Made by a program: the position numbers and the translations under genes. Source: an uncultured Bacilli bacterium (GTDB lineage Bacteria > Bacillota_I > Bacilli_A > RF39 > UBA660). Taken from it: a DNA stretch of 39,181 nucleotides. The stretch covers positions 1 to 39,181 of the forward strand of contig CALVPE010000042.1 of the NCBI GenBank assembly GCA_944350485.1. Direction: 5' to 3'. The notes below the pieces were generated by a model. That model was not told where the DNA came from. It saw nothing but the letters and a program-made list of their open reading frames with translations, and made no database searches. Shown here one piece after another: positions 8,672 to 20,312 of this stretch (within the stretch, counting starts at the first letter, position 1; each line of letters begins with the position of its first letter).

Positions 8672-9667
8672 ATGTGTACAAATGTTTTGTTTTTAAAAGT
8701 ATTATATTATGCAATGACAGCTTTACAAATTATTAGATTTTTAGTTCCGCTTGGTTTAATTGCTATGATTAGTATTGATGTTTATAAAGGAATGATGAGT
8801 GCAGATGAACCTAAAGATGTGATAAGAAATAGTTCAAATCGAATAGTAGCTGCTATTGTAATCTTTGTTTTACCAACAATTGTTAATCTACTTGTTTCGA
8901 TTTTAGAAAATACTTTTTCAACATCTTTAGATTATCAAAGTTGTTTAACTAATGCTAGTAATTATAAATACTATGAGGATTTAGAAGTTGCTATTTTAGA
9001 AGAAACAAATGCTACTAAAAGAGAAGAGTTGCTAAAAAAAGCCCAGCAATTAAAGGAAGAAGAAATTGAAAGAATTAATCAAAATAAGAATAATGTAGAT
9101 ATTGGATTAGGAGATGGAACAGTTGTTGGTAGGAAATATGATTTAACGGAAAAACAATTAATAAATATTGCTAAAGTTTGTCAAAGAGAACAAGGAAGTC
9201 CAGTTGGTGCAGCAGCGGAAGCTCAACTTATGGCTAATAAATATGAACTTGAAGTTTTAAAGAAAAGTAAATGGAGTAAATATAGTTTTTATAATTATGT
9301 TATGAATTGTGATTGGTGGGCCCCAGCTAAAAATGGCACATATAGTAGTACTAAATTAAAAGATAGCATTTTGGCATCTGTTCGTGAAGTTTTAATAAAT
9401 GGGCAAAGAACAATACCTTTTTATATCAATGAACATGATTGGACTGGTGACATAATAAGATTAAAAACAAATGGTAAAGTTTATACAAGTAGTTCGGATT
9501 TTAAAAATACTAATAATTATGTCAAGGATGTAACTAGAGTTACAACAAAATATAATAAAACTAGTAGTACACCTTATTGGATATATTATTATCATCCTAC
9601 TCCAAAAAGTGATCCATTTGGTTATACTGTCTCTGCCAAAAAGCAGATTGATAATCTTAGTAAGTAG
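8672..9667 (+). CDS. Membrane-anchored protein: two-TM pilin-like N-terminus, coiled coil, putative SleB-like cell-wall hydrolase domain
   Basis: Two hydrophobic helices, a charged coiled-coil linker, then IAKVCQREQG...AAAEAQLMANKY resembling SleB/Hydrolase_2 LAR...EA.G...AVA.V..NR. ATG 8672 follows an AGGTG RBS (ORF track opens at GTG 8666). Confidence 0.6.
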   Translation: MCTNVLFLKVLYYAMTALQIIRFLVPLGLIAMISIDVYKGMMSADEPKDVIRNSSNRIVAAIVIFVLPTIVNLLVSILENTFSTSLDYQSCLTNASNYKYYEDLEVAILEETNATKREELLKKAQQLKEEEIERINQNKNNVDIGLGDGTVVGRKYDLTEKQLINIAKVCQREQGSPVGAAAEAQLMANKYELEVLKKSKWSKYSFYNYVMNCDWWAPAKNGTYSSTKLKDSILASVREVLINGQRTIPFYINEHDWTGDIIRLKTNGKVYTSSSDFKNTNNYVKDVTRVTTKYNKTSSTPYWIYYYHPTPKSDPFGYTVSAKKQIDNLSK

Positions 9668-9674
9668 GTGAAAT

Positions 9675-10247
9675 ATGAAAAAATATTCAAAAATTATTAT
9701 TATTTTTACAATTATCTTAATAGCAATCATAGTATTAAAATTTATAACAAATGTACCAGTTCCTACAAAAATATCCAATTATCTTGTTGAAAATGGTTAT
9801 ATTAAAAATAATGATTTATTTTCAAAACAAATATCAGATCTTAGTTTAAATGAATATCAATATTATGTTTCAAAAAATATACCAGCTACATATTCAATTA
9901 ATTATTTTAGTATAGGTAATTTTCGATTAACAAAAAATCTTGATAACTATCAAGATAAAATAACAACCTCCTTAACTGAAATTTATGATTATAAAGATAA
10001 TTCTTTAACTTATACATATCGTATTACTTCCAATGATGTCAATGCTATTTTTAAAGGAGAATACAAAGAAACCAACAAGGAATTTATCTGTCAAAAAGAA
10101 TTTGCTTATGGTGTTATAACTAACAGTTTTCAAAATACTATTTGTGAAGGTATAGAATTACAAGTAAGTAATTTTAGTTTAGAAGCAAAATTATTATTTA
10201 AAAATGCAACTTTCATAAATTACATGAAAAAACAAAAAGTTGAATAA
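9675..10247 (+). CDS. Hypothetical exported or membrane-anchored protein
   Basis: MKK plus a hydrophobic N-terminal helix, AGGTG RBS, 7 nt after the upstream stop. Confidence 0.8.
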   Translation: MKKYSKIIIIFTIILIAIIVLKFITNVPVPTKISNYLVENGYIKNNDLFSKQISDLSLNEYQYYVSKNIPATYSINYFSIGNFRLTKNLDNYQDKITTSLTEIYDYKDNSLTYTYRITSNDVNAIFKGEYKETNKEFICQKEFAYGVITNSFQNTICEGIELQVSNFSLEAKLLFKNATFINYMKKQKVE

Positions 10248-10350
10248 AACTAAAAATATATTTTTTGAAATTTAAAATCATTTTTTAACTTCTTAATAAC
10301 TAATAATAATAAATCAAATTTATTAGAATAAATTTAATTGAGGAGTTGAA

Positions 10351-10608
10351 ATGGAAATAGTTGATATTATGACAATTGTAACATTTTTTGTTACTTTGAT
10401 ATTGGGATTTTTTTCTAAGAAAAGTAAATTTATTAAAAATGAAATCATCCCTATTCAAAATATTTTGGTTGGTTTAGTTGTTGCTGTAGTTGAGTGGATT
10501 ATTACTAAAGATTTTCAAGCAGCAATTGTTCTATCAGGTTTAATAGCTGGTGGAACTTATGATATTTTTCATAATTTAAGAAAAATAGTTAAAAGTGAAG
10601 TAGAGTAG
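10351..10608 (+). CDS. Holin-like small membrane protein
   Basis: 85 aa with three hydrophobic segments, the K...N..IP....G...G..A.G.YD pattern of Firmicutes phage holin families, a basic C-tail and a GAGGAG RBS. Confidence 0.65.
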   Translation: MEIVDIMTIVTFFVTLILGFFSKKSKFIKNEIIPIQNILVGLVVAVVEWIITKDFQAAIVLSGLIAGGTYDIFHNLRKIVKSEVE

Positions 10609-10630
10609 AAGAAATTGCTACTCTTTTTTT
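10602..10630 (+). terminator. Rho-independent terminator after the holin-like gene
   Basis: agagtag / ctactct stem followed by a T-run. Confidence 0.75.
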
Positions 10631-10724
10631 GTTTTTCTACACTTTTAAAACACTATCAAATTATTGTAGATTAGTGGATTTTTAACTTAAAATTTGATAC
10701 AATTGTCTTGAAACGAGGTAATCT

Positions 10725-11681
10725 ATGTTAAAAAAATTAAATGTTGTTTTTATGGGAACACCTTTATTTAGTGTACCAATTTTAGAAATGCTAATAGAAA
10801 ATACTAATGTTATAGGAGTTGTTACTCAACCTGATAAAGTTGTTGGTCGTAAAAAGGAAATAGTTTTTTCAAAGGTAAAAGAATTAGCATTAAAAAATAA
10901 TATAAAAGTTTTGCAACCTCTTAAAATTCGTCAAGATTATCAAGATATTTTAGATTTAAAACCTGATATTATCATAACAGCTGCTTATGGACAAATTATT
11001 CCAAAAGCTTTACTTGATTATCCAGAATATGGTTGTATTAATGTTCATGCTTCACTTTTGCCAAATTTAAGAGGAGGAGCTCCTATTCATCATGCTATTA
11101 TTGATGGTTATTCTAAAACAGGAATTACTATTATGTATATGGATGTTGGTATGGATACAGGTGATATTATTTCTCAAGAAGAAGTTTTAATTAGTCAAGT
11201 TGATACGTATCAAACTTTACATGATAAATTAAGTTTAATGGGTGCTAGTCTTTTGCTTAAAACTTTACCGATGATTATTAATAAAACTAATTCAAGAATA
11301 AAACAAGATGAAAATAAAGTTACATTTGGTTATAATATTAGAAGAGAAGAAGAAAAGTTAGATTTTTCTTTTGAAAAAGAAAAAATTAATAATAAAATTC
11401 GTGGTTTAAATCCAGATCCTGGAAGTTATTTATTATTAGATAATAAAATTATCAAAGTTTATTTAGCTGAAGTAATTGAAGATAATACTTATCAAGAAAA
11501 AGAAAATGGAGAAATAGTTAAAATCGATAAAAAGAGTTTTTATATTAAAACTAAAAATGGACTACTTAAAATTTTAGAAATAAAGCCTGAAGGTAAAAGT
11601 AAAATGCCAGTTGCTAGTTTTTTAAATGGTAATAAAAATTTAGTTGGAAAGGTTGTTAATAGGTGTTTTGATGAGAAATAA
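10725..11681 (+). CDS. fmt: Methionyl-tRNA formyltransferase
   Basis: VFMGTP.F, VVTQPD, AAYGQI, INVHASLLP.LRGGAPIH, MDTGDI. Confidence 0.96.
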   Translation: MLKKLNVVFMGTPLFSVPILEMLIENTNVIGVVTQPDKVVGRKKEIVFSKVKELALKNNIKVLQPLKIRQDYQDILDLKPDIIITAAYGQIIPKALLDYPEYGCINVHASLLPNLRGGAPIHHAIIDGYSKTGITIMYMDVGMDTGDIISQEEVLISQVDTYQTLHDKLSLMGASLLLKTLPMIINKTNSRIKQDENKVTFGYNIRREEEKLDFSFEKEKINNKIRGLNPDPGSYLLLDNKIIKVYLAEVIEDNTYQEKENGEIVKIDKKSFYIKTKNGLLKILEIKPEGKSKMPVASFLNGNKNLVGKVVNRCFDEK

Positions 11682-12357
11682 AGATGGCAAGATTACAATT
11701 AAATCAATTTGGAAATGGTTAAAATCAGATAAAGGAAAAAGATATTCTTTCTTTATATTTTATCTTTTCTTCTTTTTAATTTTGTTTATTTATTTAACAA
11801 TTATTGATAGTCAAAAAGGTAGTTTTAATAATCAAAATAATCAAGGTGAAATTGAAAGTTTACCATTTAAAATATCTAGTTTAGAAACTAATTATAGTTT
11901 TAAATATAGTTTGATTACAAATAATCAAATTAAAGAATATTTAGGTAAAAAAGATAATTTAAAGATTACTTTACAAGATGATACAGGTATTTATAGTTAT
12001 AATTATGTAAATAATGATTTAATTAAAGATGATTCAAATAATTTAAATTTATATTATGAATTTTTAGATATTTATAATTTTAAAAAATTAGTTAAAAATT
12101 CTAAATATATATCTAAAACGGAATATTCTAATAAAGAAGTATCTTATAATTATGTTGTTACTAATCAAGAGTTAAATGAGTATTTTAATTTAGAAACTCC
12201 AAATCTTGATTTAGAAAATTCTTTAATTATTAAAACTGATTCTTTCAATAATTTAAAAGAATTTGAGTTAGATCTTTTAAATTTTGTTAATGATTTAAAT
12301 GATACGAAAGATACTAGTTATAAAATAGTTATTACTTATGAGGCTAAAAATGAATAA
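11671..12357 (+). CDS. Hypothetical single-pass membrane protein
   Basis: ATG 11671 after AGGTG. One TM helix near the N-terminus. Overlaps the fmt stop and the polA start. Confidence 0.8.
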   Translation: MRNKDGKITIKSIWKWLKSDKGKRYSFFIFYLFFFLILFIYLTIIDSQKGSFNNQNNQGEIESLPFKISSLETNYSFKYSLITNNQIKEYLGKKDNLKITLQDDTGIYSYNYVNNDLIKDDSNNLNLYYEFLDIYNFKKLVKNSKYISKTEYSNKEVSYNYVVTNQELNEYFNLETPNLDLENSLIIKTDSFNNLKEFELDLLNFVNDLNDTKDTSYKIVITYEAKNE

Positions 12358-14938
12358 AATAGTTTTAATTGATGGTAATAATTTAATGTTTCGCAGTTAT
12401 TATGCAACAGCTTATAGTGGATCTTTGATGAAAAATTCTAAAGGTTTTCCAACTAATGCTTTATATGGTTATTTAAATATGTTAAATAAAATTATTAATG
12501 AAGAAAATCCTACTCATATTATGGTTGCTTTTGATAAAGGGAAAACGTTTCGTCATGATAAATATTTAACTTATAAAGCTGGTCGCAAAGAAATGCCAGA
12601 TGATTTAAAGATGCAATTTCAAGTTGCTTATCAATTAACAAAAGCTTTAGGAATAGAGTATTATTTAATTGATAATTATGAAGCTGATGACATTATTGGT
12701 ACATTTGCTAAGTTTGTTGATGATAATAAAGGTTATGAAGCTTTAATTGTTTCAAGTGATAAAGATTTATTACAATTAATATCTGATCATGTGAAAGTAA
12801 AACTTTTAAAAACTAATGATTATATTTTAATGGATCGCGATAAATTTTTTGAAATGTATCAAACAGAACCAATTAAAATGATTGATTTAAAAGCTTTAAT
12901 GGGAGATCAAAGTGACAATATTCCTGGTGTAAAGGGAATAGGTGAAAAAGGGGCTATTAATTTAATTCATGAATATGGTTCTTTAGATGGTGTTTATTAT
13001 AATTTAGAAAAAATATCTTTAAAAACTAGAGAAAAATTATTAAATGGTCGAAATGATGCTTATATGAGTTATGATATAGCAACTATTTATAAAGAAGTAC
13101 CACTTCATCTTGATATTCAAGATATTTTATATCGAGGTCCTCAAGAAGAATTAACTGATCTTTTAAAAAATTTAGAATTTTATTCTTTATTAAAAAAATT
13201 AAATATAAAAGCAACTAATAAAGAGTTAAGTTATCAAGTTGTAACTTCTTTAGAAAGATTAAATTTAGCTGGTCCTTATAGTCTTTATTTAGAAGTTTTA
13301 GGTTATAATTATCATGATAGTTTACCACTTGGAGTTAGTATTAAAACTAAAAAAAATCTTTATTATATTCCTTTTGATTTATTAAAAAATACAGATTTTT
13401 TTGTTGATAATCAAGAAAAATACACTTATGATTTGAAGAAATTATTAGTTGTTTTTCAAAAATATCATGTTAAAATTGATAAAAAAGTTAATGATTTAAT
13501 GTTAATTAGTTATTTATTAAATAAAAATATGCGAAATGATATTGCTTATCTTGCTAATACTTTAGAATATGATCTTATTTTTTATGATAAGCTTTACGGA
13601 ACAGAAATAACAATTAAAATGCCAGAAGATGATTATTATATAAAGGAAATTGTTAAAAAAGCTCATTTTATTTATGAAGAGTATGATAATTTTTATCAAG
13701 AATTAGAAGATGAGAAAATGGTATCTTTATATCAAGATATTGAACTTCCTTTAACCTATGTTTTAGAAAAGATGGAAATAAATGGCTTTTTAGTTGATAA
13801 AGATTTCTTAATTAATAAAGGTGAAGAATTAAATAAAACTTTAACAGATTTAGAAAGTAAAATTTATGAATTGGCAGGTTTGGAGTTTAATTTATCTTCA
13901 CCCAAGCAATTAGCGACAATTTTATTTGAAAAGTTAAATATTCCTTATCCTAAAAAAGTTAAAGATAATAATTATTCAACTAGTAAAGAGATTTTAGATA
14001 AATTAACTGATTATGAAATTGTTAATTTGATTTTAGATTATCGAGCAATTTTTAAGATGAAAACTAGTTATATTAATGGTATTATTAATGAAATAAAAGA
14101 GGATGGTAAAATACATACGATTTTTAATCAAACTTTAACAAGAACAGGAAGATTATCAAGTGAAAGACCAAATTTACAAAATGTTCCAATTCGAGATGAA
14201 ATGGGAAGATTAGTTCGAAAAGCTTTTATTCCAAGCTTAGAAAATGCAAAAATTGCATCTTTTGACTATTCACAAATTGAATTAAGAATATTTGCAGATA
14301 TGGCAGAAGCAACAGATATGATTGAAGCTTTTAAAGAAGGTATTGATATTCATGCTAAAACGGCTAGTCAAATTTTCCATGTTCCTCTTAATGAAGTTAC
14401 AAAAGAGATGCGAAGAAAAGCTAAAGCGGTTAATTTTGGAATTATTTATGGTATTTCTAGTTTTGGTTTATCCGAAGATTTAGGAATAAATTTGAAAGAA
14501 GCTAAAACTTTTATTGATGCTTATTTAGAGGCTTTTCCAGGAATTAAAGATTATATGAATTTGGTAATTATGAATGCTTATCGTGATGGTTATGTCAAGA
14601 CTTTAAGTGGTCGAAAAAGAATAATTGATGAAATAACTAATAAAAATTATTTAATTAGACAAAGTGGAGAAAGAATAGCTTTAAACACTCCTGTTCAAGG
14701 AAGTGCAGCTGATATTTTAAAAATGGCTATGATTGAAATCGATAGAGAAATGGAAAGATTAAACTTAAAAAGTAAAATGTTAGTTCAAGTGCATGATGAA
14801 TTAGTTTTTGAAGTTTTAGATGAAGAAGTAGAAATTTTAAAAGACTTAGTTATTCGTATTATGACAACTTGCTATAAGTTAGAAGTTCCTTTAGAAGTTG
14901 ATTTTGAAATTGGTAAAAACTGGTATGATGCAAAGTAG
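12350..14938 (+). CDS. polA: DNA polymerase I
   Basis: LIDGN, EADD, DNIPGV.GIG.K, DYSQIELR, AKAVNFGIIYG, QGSAADI, VHDEL. Start taken at MNKIVLIDG (12350). Confidence 0.97.
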   Translation: MNKIVLIDGNNLMFRSYYATAYSGSLMKNSKGFPTNALYGYLNMLNKIINEENPTHIMVAFDKGKTFRHDKYLTYKAGRKEMPDDLKMQFQVAYQLTKALGIEYYLIDNYEADDIIGTFAKFVDDNKGYEALIVSSDKDLLQLISDHVKVKLLKTNDYILMDRDKFFEMYQTEPIKMIDLKALMGDQSDNIPGVKGIGEKGAINLIHEYGSLDGVYYNLEKISLKTREKLLNGRNDAYMSYDIATIYKEVPLHLDIQDILYRGPQEELTDLLKNLEFYSLLKKLNIKATNKELSYQVVTSLERLNLAGPYSLYLEVLGYNYHDSLPLGVSIKTKKNLYYIPFDLLKNTDFFVDNQEKYTYDLKKLLVVFQKYHVKIDKKVNDLMLISYLLNKNMRNDIAYLANTLEYDLIFYDKLYGTEITIKMPEDDYYIKEIVKKAHFIYEEYDNFYQELEDEKMVSLYQDIELPLTYVLEKMEINGFLVDKDFLINKGEELNKTLTDLESKIYELAGLEFNLSSPKQLATILFEKLNIPYPKKVKDNNYSTSKEILDKLTDYEIVNLILDYRAIFKMKTSYINGIINEIKEDGKIHTIFNQTLTRTGRLSSERPNLQNVPIRDEMGRLVRKAFIPSLENAKIASFDYSQIELRIFADMAEATDMIEAFKEGIDIHAKTASQIFHVPLNEVTKEMRRKAKAVNFGIIYGISSFGLSEDLGINLKEAKTFIDAYLEAFPGIKDYMNLVIMNAYRDGYVKTLSGRKRIIDEITNKNYLIRQSGERIALNTPVQGSAADILKMAMIEIDREMERLNLKSKMLVQVHDELVFEVLDEEVEILKDLVIRIMTTCYKLEVPLEVDFEIGKNWYDAK

Positions 14939-14949
14939 GAGGTAAAAAA

Positions 14950-15288
14950 ATGCAAAATAACAATTTGAATCTTGGAAATACTATTCAGTATTTTCAAATC
15001 TTGAATTATTTTAAGAATAATTATTTAAAAAATAGTCCAAAGTATGAAAGGCTTATCGAAGAAACAGATAGTTTATATGAAAAGATATATAATGCCGTTA
15101 TGGAGGATGAACAAAAAAATAAAGTAGTAGATTATATTATGAATAATTTTATAATACCGATTATTAAAGAAATCGAAAAATTAAACTTTGATCAATCGGC
15201 TAAACACTATATATTATTTTTAAATACTTTAATGGCTTATTATAATTTAGAAGAATATGACAAGGAAAAGGTGAAAAAATATGAATGA
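14950..15288 (+). CDS. Hypothetical protein
   Basis: 112-aa ORF with an AGGAGGT RBS directly after polA. Confidence 0.75.
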   Translation: MQNNNLNLGNTIQYFQILNYFKNNYLKNSPKYERLIEETDSLYEKIYNAVMEDEQKNKVVDYIMNNFIIPIIKEIEKLNFDQSAKHYILFLNTLMAYYNLEEYDKEKVKKYE

Positions 15289-15739
15289 ATTAGATAGATT
15301 ACAAACTAAATCAGAAATTTTAAAAAAAGTTTTACAAAAAGATATATTAGATTTAACAATTGATGAAAAAAGAGCAATTTTAATACTTTTAAAAGATTAT
15401 ATAATAGAACTTAGTCATGATTTAAAACATTTAGAAAATAATATTCAGTTTGGATTAAAACCAGAAGGATTAGAATTTGATCGTATTAATAGTTTAAAAT
15501 CTATTCTTCAAAGTATCATTAATAAAAATTTAGATAATTTAACAAGTGAAGAAAATGAGACATTTAAACAAATTATTTCTAGAATTAATAATATGCTTCA
15601 ATTTGAAATTATGAAAATAAAAAATAATTTAAAACTTTATGATGAAATATTTGCTGATAAAACTGATACAAGTATTAATCCAGAAACAAGTTGTCATTCT
15701 AATATTTTAACTAACAGTGAAGAAAATAAATTAAAATAA
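15281..15739 (+). CDS. Hypothetical helical protein with a 62-aa internal duplication
   Basis: AAGGTG RBS and overlap with the upstream stop. Residues 3-55 align ungapped with 65-117. Confidence 0.75.
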   Translation: MNELDRLQTKSEILKKVLQKDILDLTIDEKRAILILLKDYIIELSHDLKHLENNIQFGLKPEGLEFDRINSLKSILQSIINKNLDNLTSEENETFKQIISRINNMLQFEIMKIKNNLKLYDEIFADKTDTSINPETSCHSNILTNSEENKLK

Positions 15740-15755
15740 GAAAATATGAATGTAA

Positions 15756-15803
15756 TAAAAAACATGTTTAGTAGATTTAGATTCTATTTCAACATGTTTT
15801 TAA
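15756..15803. terminator. Bidirectional terminator between the polA operon and pyrG
   Basis: aaaaacatgtt ... aacatgttttt inverted repeat with an inner gtaga/tctat stem, between convergent genes. Confidence 0.7.
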
Positions 15804-15805
15804 TT

Positions 15806-18008
<2,203 letters not shown>

Positions 18009-18099
18009 ATCAGTTAATTATATAGAAAAAAATAAAAAAAATTACTATTTTTATTATACATTTTATGTTAAAATAACTATATTAGTAGGTGGTTAAATA

Positions 18100-20016
18100 A
18101 TGAATATTTTAGAAATTATTAAGGATTTTGTAAAAGAAAATATAAAACTAATGGTTATTATTTGTATAGTTATACTATTAATCATTATTTGTATTCCTAT
18201 TTTTAAAAACAATTCACTCGATAAAACAAGTCCTAATGATGGGATTATTACAAGTGATAACTTTGAAATAGTTTTGTTTGGCGACGAAGTAATAGAAATA
18301 AATCAAGGAGATACTTATCAAGAACCAGGTTTTTATGGTACTTATAATGGTAAATTAGTAACAGAAGAGGTAGTAGTTAAAGAAAATATTGATACTAATA
18401 AACCAGACACTTATGAAATTATTTATAGTTTAGGCGATGTTACTAAGAAAAGAATTGTTAAGGTTATTGAAATTGAAAAAGAAGATTCCCAAGAATTAAG
18501 TTTAACTTTAATAGGTGATAAAGAGATTAATTTATATGTTGGTGATACTTATATAGATGATGGTGCTAAAGCAACTTATAATAATCAAGATATTTCTAAA
18601 AATATAAAAATTACTAATAATGTTAATACGAGTGTTCCAGGAATTTATGTTGTAACTTATCGCTTAGAATATAATAATTCAGTTAAAGAAGTACAAAGAA
18701 CAGTTATAGTTTTAGAATCTTTAAGAAGTAATTTGGATATTTCTTTAAAAGCGAATACAACAAATCTTACTAATGGTAATGTTTTAATAAATGTTACTGT
18801 TACAGGAGATGGGTATAAATATTTAAAATATCCGAATGGAACAGTTACTAGATCTTTAACTGGAAAATATGAAGTAAATCAGAATGGTACTTATAAATTT
18901 TATGCTTATGATGATAAAGATAATTTTAAATTAAAAAGTATAACCATTAATAATATTGATAAGACTATTCCAACCGGAGTTTGTAAAGCAACTATTTATG
19001 ATGATAAAACGGTTATTAATGTTAATGCATATGATGCTAGTGGTATTTCAAAATATCGCTATAATACAAGTTATAATAGTACAAGTCCTAATTATACAAT
19101 TGCTAGAAAATTAAGTGAAGCTTATGTTGAAATATTTGATAAGGCTGGTAATACTAAAGCTATTAGTTGTCAATTAGACGATCAAACTAGTAAGTTTGGA
19201 TTAGAAATTCATTTTATTACAACAGGAAGTGATGATGATGCTATTTTGATTCGGACAAGTAATAAAACAATCATGATTGATGGAGGAAGGTATGAGGCTG
19301 GAACAAAGGTTGTTTCTTATTTAAAAAAAATAGGTGTTACTAAAATAGATGCTTTAATAGGATCACATGTTCATTGGAATCATGTACAAGCTCAAGCTAC
19401 CATATTAGATAATTTTGAAGTAGCAAATGCTTATTATTCAGTTGATATTTTAAACTGTGTTTCTAAAAAACAATGTGAAAGTAATGATATAAAATATATT
19501 AAGGCTAAATTAATTGAAAAAAATATTGATCCTATTATTTTAAAGCCAAAAGATTTTTTAGAAATTGGAGAGATGAAATTATATTTTATTGGCCCAGTTC
19601 GAGGACTTTATACAACTTATCAAAATGCTAATTCTTTGGTATTTATATTACAATTTTTAAATAATAAATTTATGTTTACTGGAGATACACCTGAAGAATA
19701 TATGACTACTTCAAAGTTTCAAGCTAATGCTAATGTTTTTAATATGAATTTAGATATTGATGTTTTAAAATGGCCTCATCATGGCTATGAAAATTTAAAA
19801 GATGCCTTTTTTAAAGCAACTACCCCTAAATATGCAATTATTCCTAATTGTTGTTGGTGTAGCAGTAAATATCCAAGTAGTACAAATAAAAATTTAATGA
19901 AAAAATACGGAACAACTTATTATCAAATGTGCAATTCTAAAAATATTGTTTTAGTATCAGATGGAAAAAATATTACCATTAATACTAATCAAAATCCTGA
20001 TAATTGGAAAAAATAA
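18100..20016 (+). CDS. Surface protein: TM anchor, two DUF5011-type Ig-like repeats, further Ig-like segments, ComEC/Rec2-like metallo-beta-lactamase domain
   Basis: L.GD..I....GDTY..PG/DG repeats, IDKT.P, then DAILI...MIDGG, SHVHWNH, FTGD and LKWPHHG. Confidence 0.8.
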   Translation: MNILEIIKDFVKENIKLMVIICIVILLIIICIPIFKNNSLDKTSPNDGIITSDNFEIVLFGDEVIEINQGDTYQEPGFYGTYNGKLVTEEVVVKENIDTNKPDTYEIIYSLGDVTKKRIVKVIEIEKEDSQELSLTLIGDKEINLYVGDTYIDDGAKATYNNQDISKNIKITNNVNTSVPGIYVVTYRLEYNNSVKEVQRTVIVLESLRSNLDISLKANTTNLTNGNVLINVTVTGDGYKYLKYPNGTVTRSLTGKYEVNQNGTYKFYAYDDKDNFKLKSITINNIDKTIPTGVCKATIYDDKTVINVNAYDASGISKYRYNTSYNSTSPNYTIARKLSEAYVEIFDKAGNTKAISCQLDDQTSKFGLEIHFITTGSDDDAILIRTSNKTIMIDGGRYEAGTKVVSYLKKIGVTKIDALIGSHVHWNHVQAQATILDNFEVANAYYSVDILNCVSKKQCESNDIKYIKAKLIEKNIDPIILKPKDFLEIGEMKLYFIGPVRGLYTTYQNANSLVFILQFLNNKFMFTGDTPEEYMTTSKFQANANVFNMNLDIDVLKWPHHGYENLKDAFFKATTPKYAIIPNCCWCSSKYPSSTNKNLMKKYGTTYYQMCNSKNIVLVSDGKNITINTNQNPDNWKK

Positions 20017-20051
20017 AATTAAAAATAAATTATAATTTTAAAGGAGGAATT

Positions 20052-20312
20052 ATGAAAGAATATAATTATAAACCAATTGGAGTTTGTTCTTCTAATATTA
20101 AATTGATAATTAATAATAATATTTTGAAAGACATAGAAGTTACAGGTGGTTGTAGTGGAAATTTACAAGGAATTAGAAATTTAGTTCGTGGTATGAATTT
20201 AATTGATGTAAAAAATAAATTAAAAGGCATTAAATGTGGATTTAAAGCAACATCATGTCCTGATCAAATAGCGAATGCTATTGAAGAATATTTAGGAGAA
20301 TTAGTTAAATGA
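20052..20312 (+). CDS. TSCPD domain protein (TIGR03905 family)
   Basis: GVCS, GGCSGNLQG, GIKCG...TSCPDQ. ATG 20052 after AAGGAGG. Confidence 0.9.
   Translation: MKEYNYKPIGVCSSNIKLIINNNILKDIEVTGGCSGNLQGIRNLVRGMNLIDVKNKLKGIKCGFKATSCPDQIANAIEEYLGELVK

Noticed and set aside
9461..9778. 105-aa hydrophobic minus-strand ORF
   Set aside because: Antisense to two well-supported plus-strand genes. Its hydrophobicity is the expected mirror of A-rich codons.
10351..10608. Prophage around the holin-like gene
   Set aside because: No integrase, structural, packaging or replication phage genes, and the flanks are housekeeping.
18009..18099. Expected yybP-ykoY Mn riboswitch upstream of mntP
   Set aside because: The 91-nt gap is almost pure A/T with divergent promoter-like elements and no riboswitch motif.
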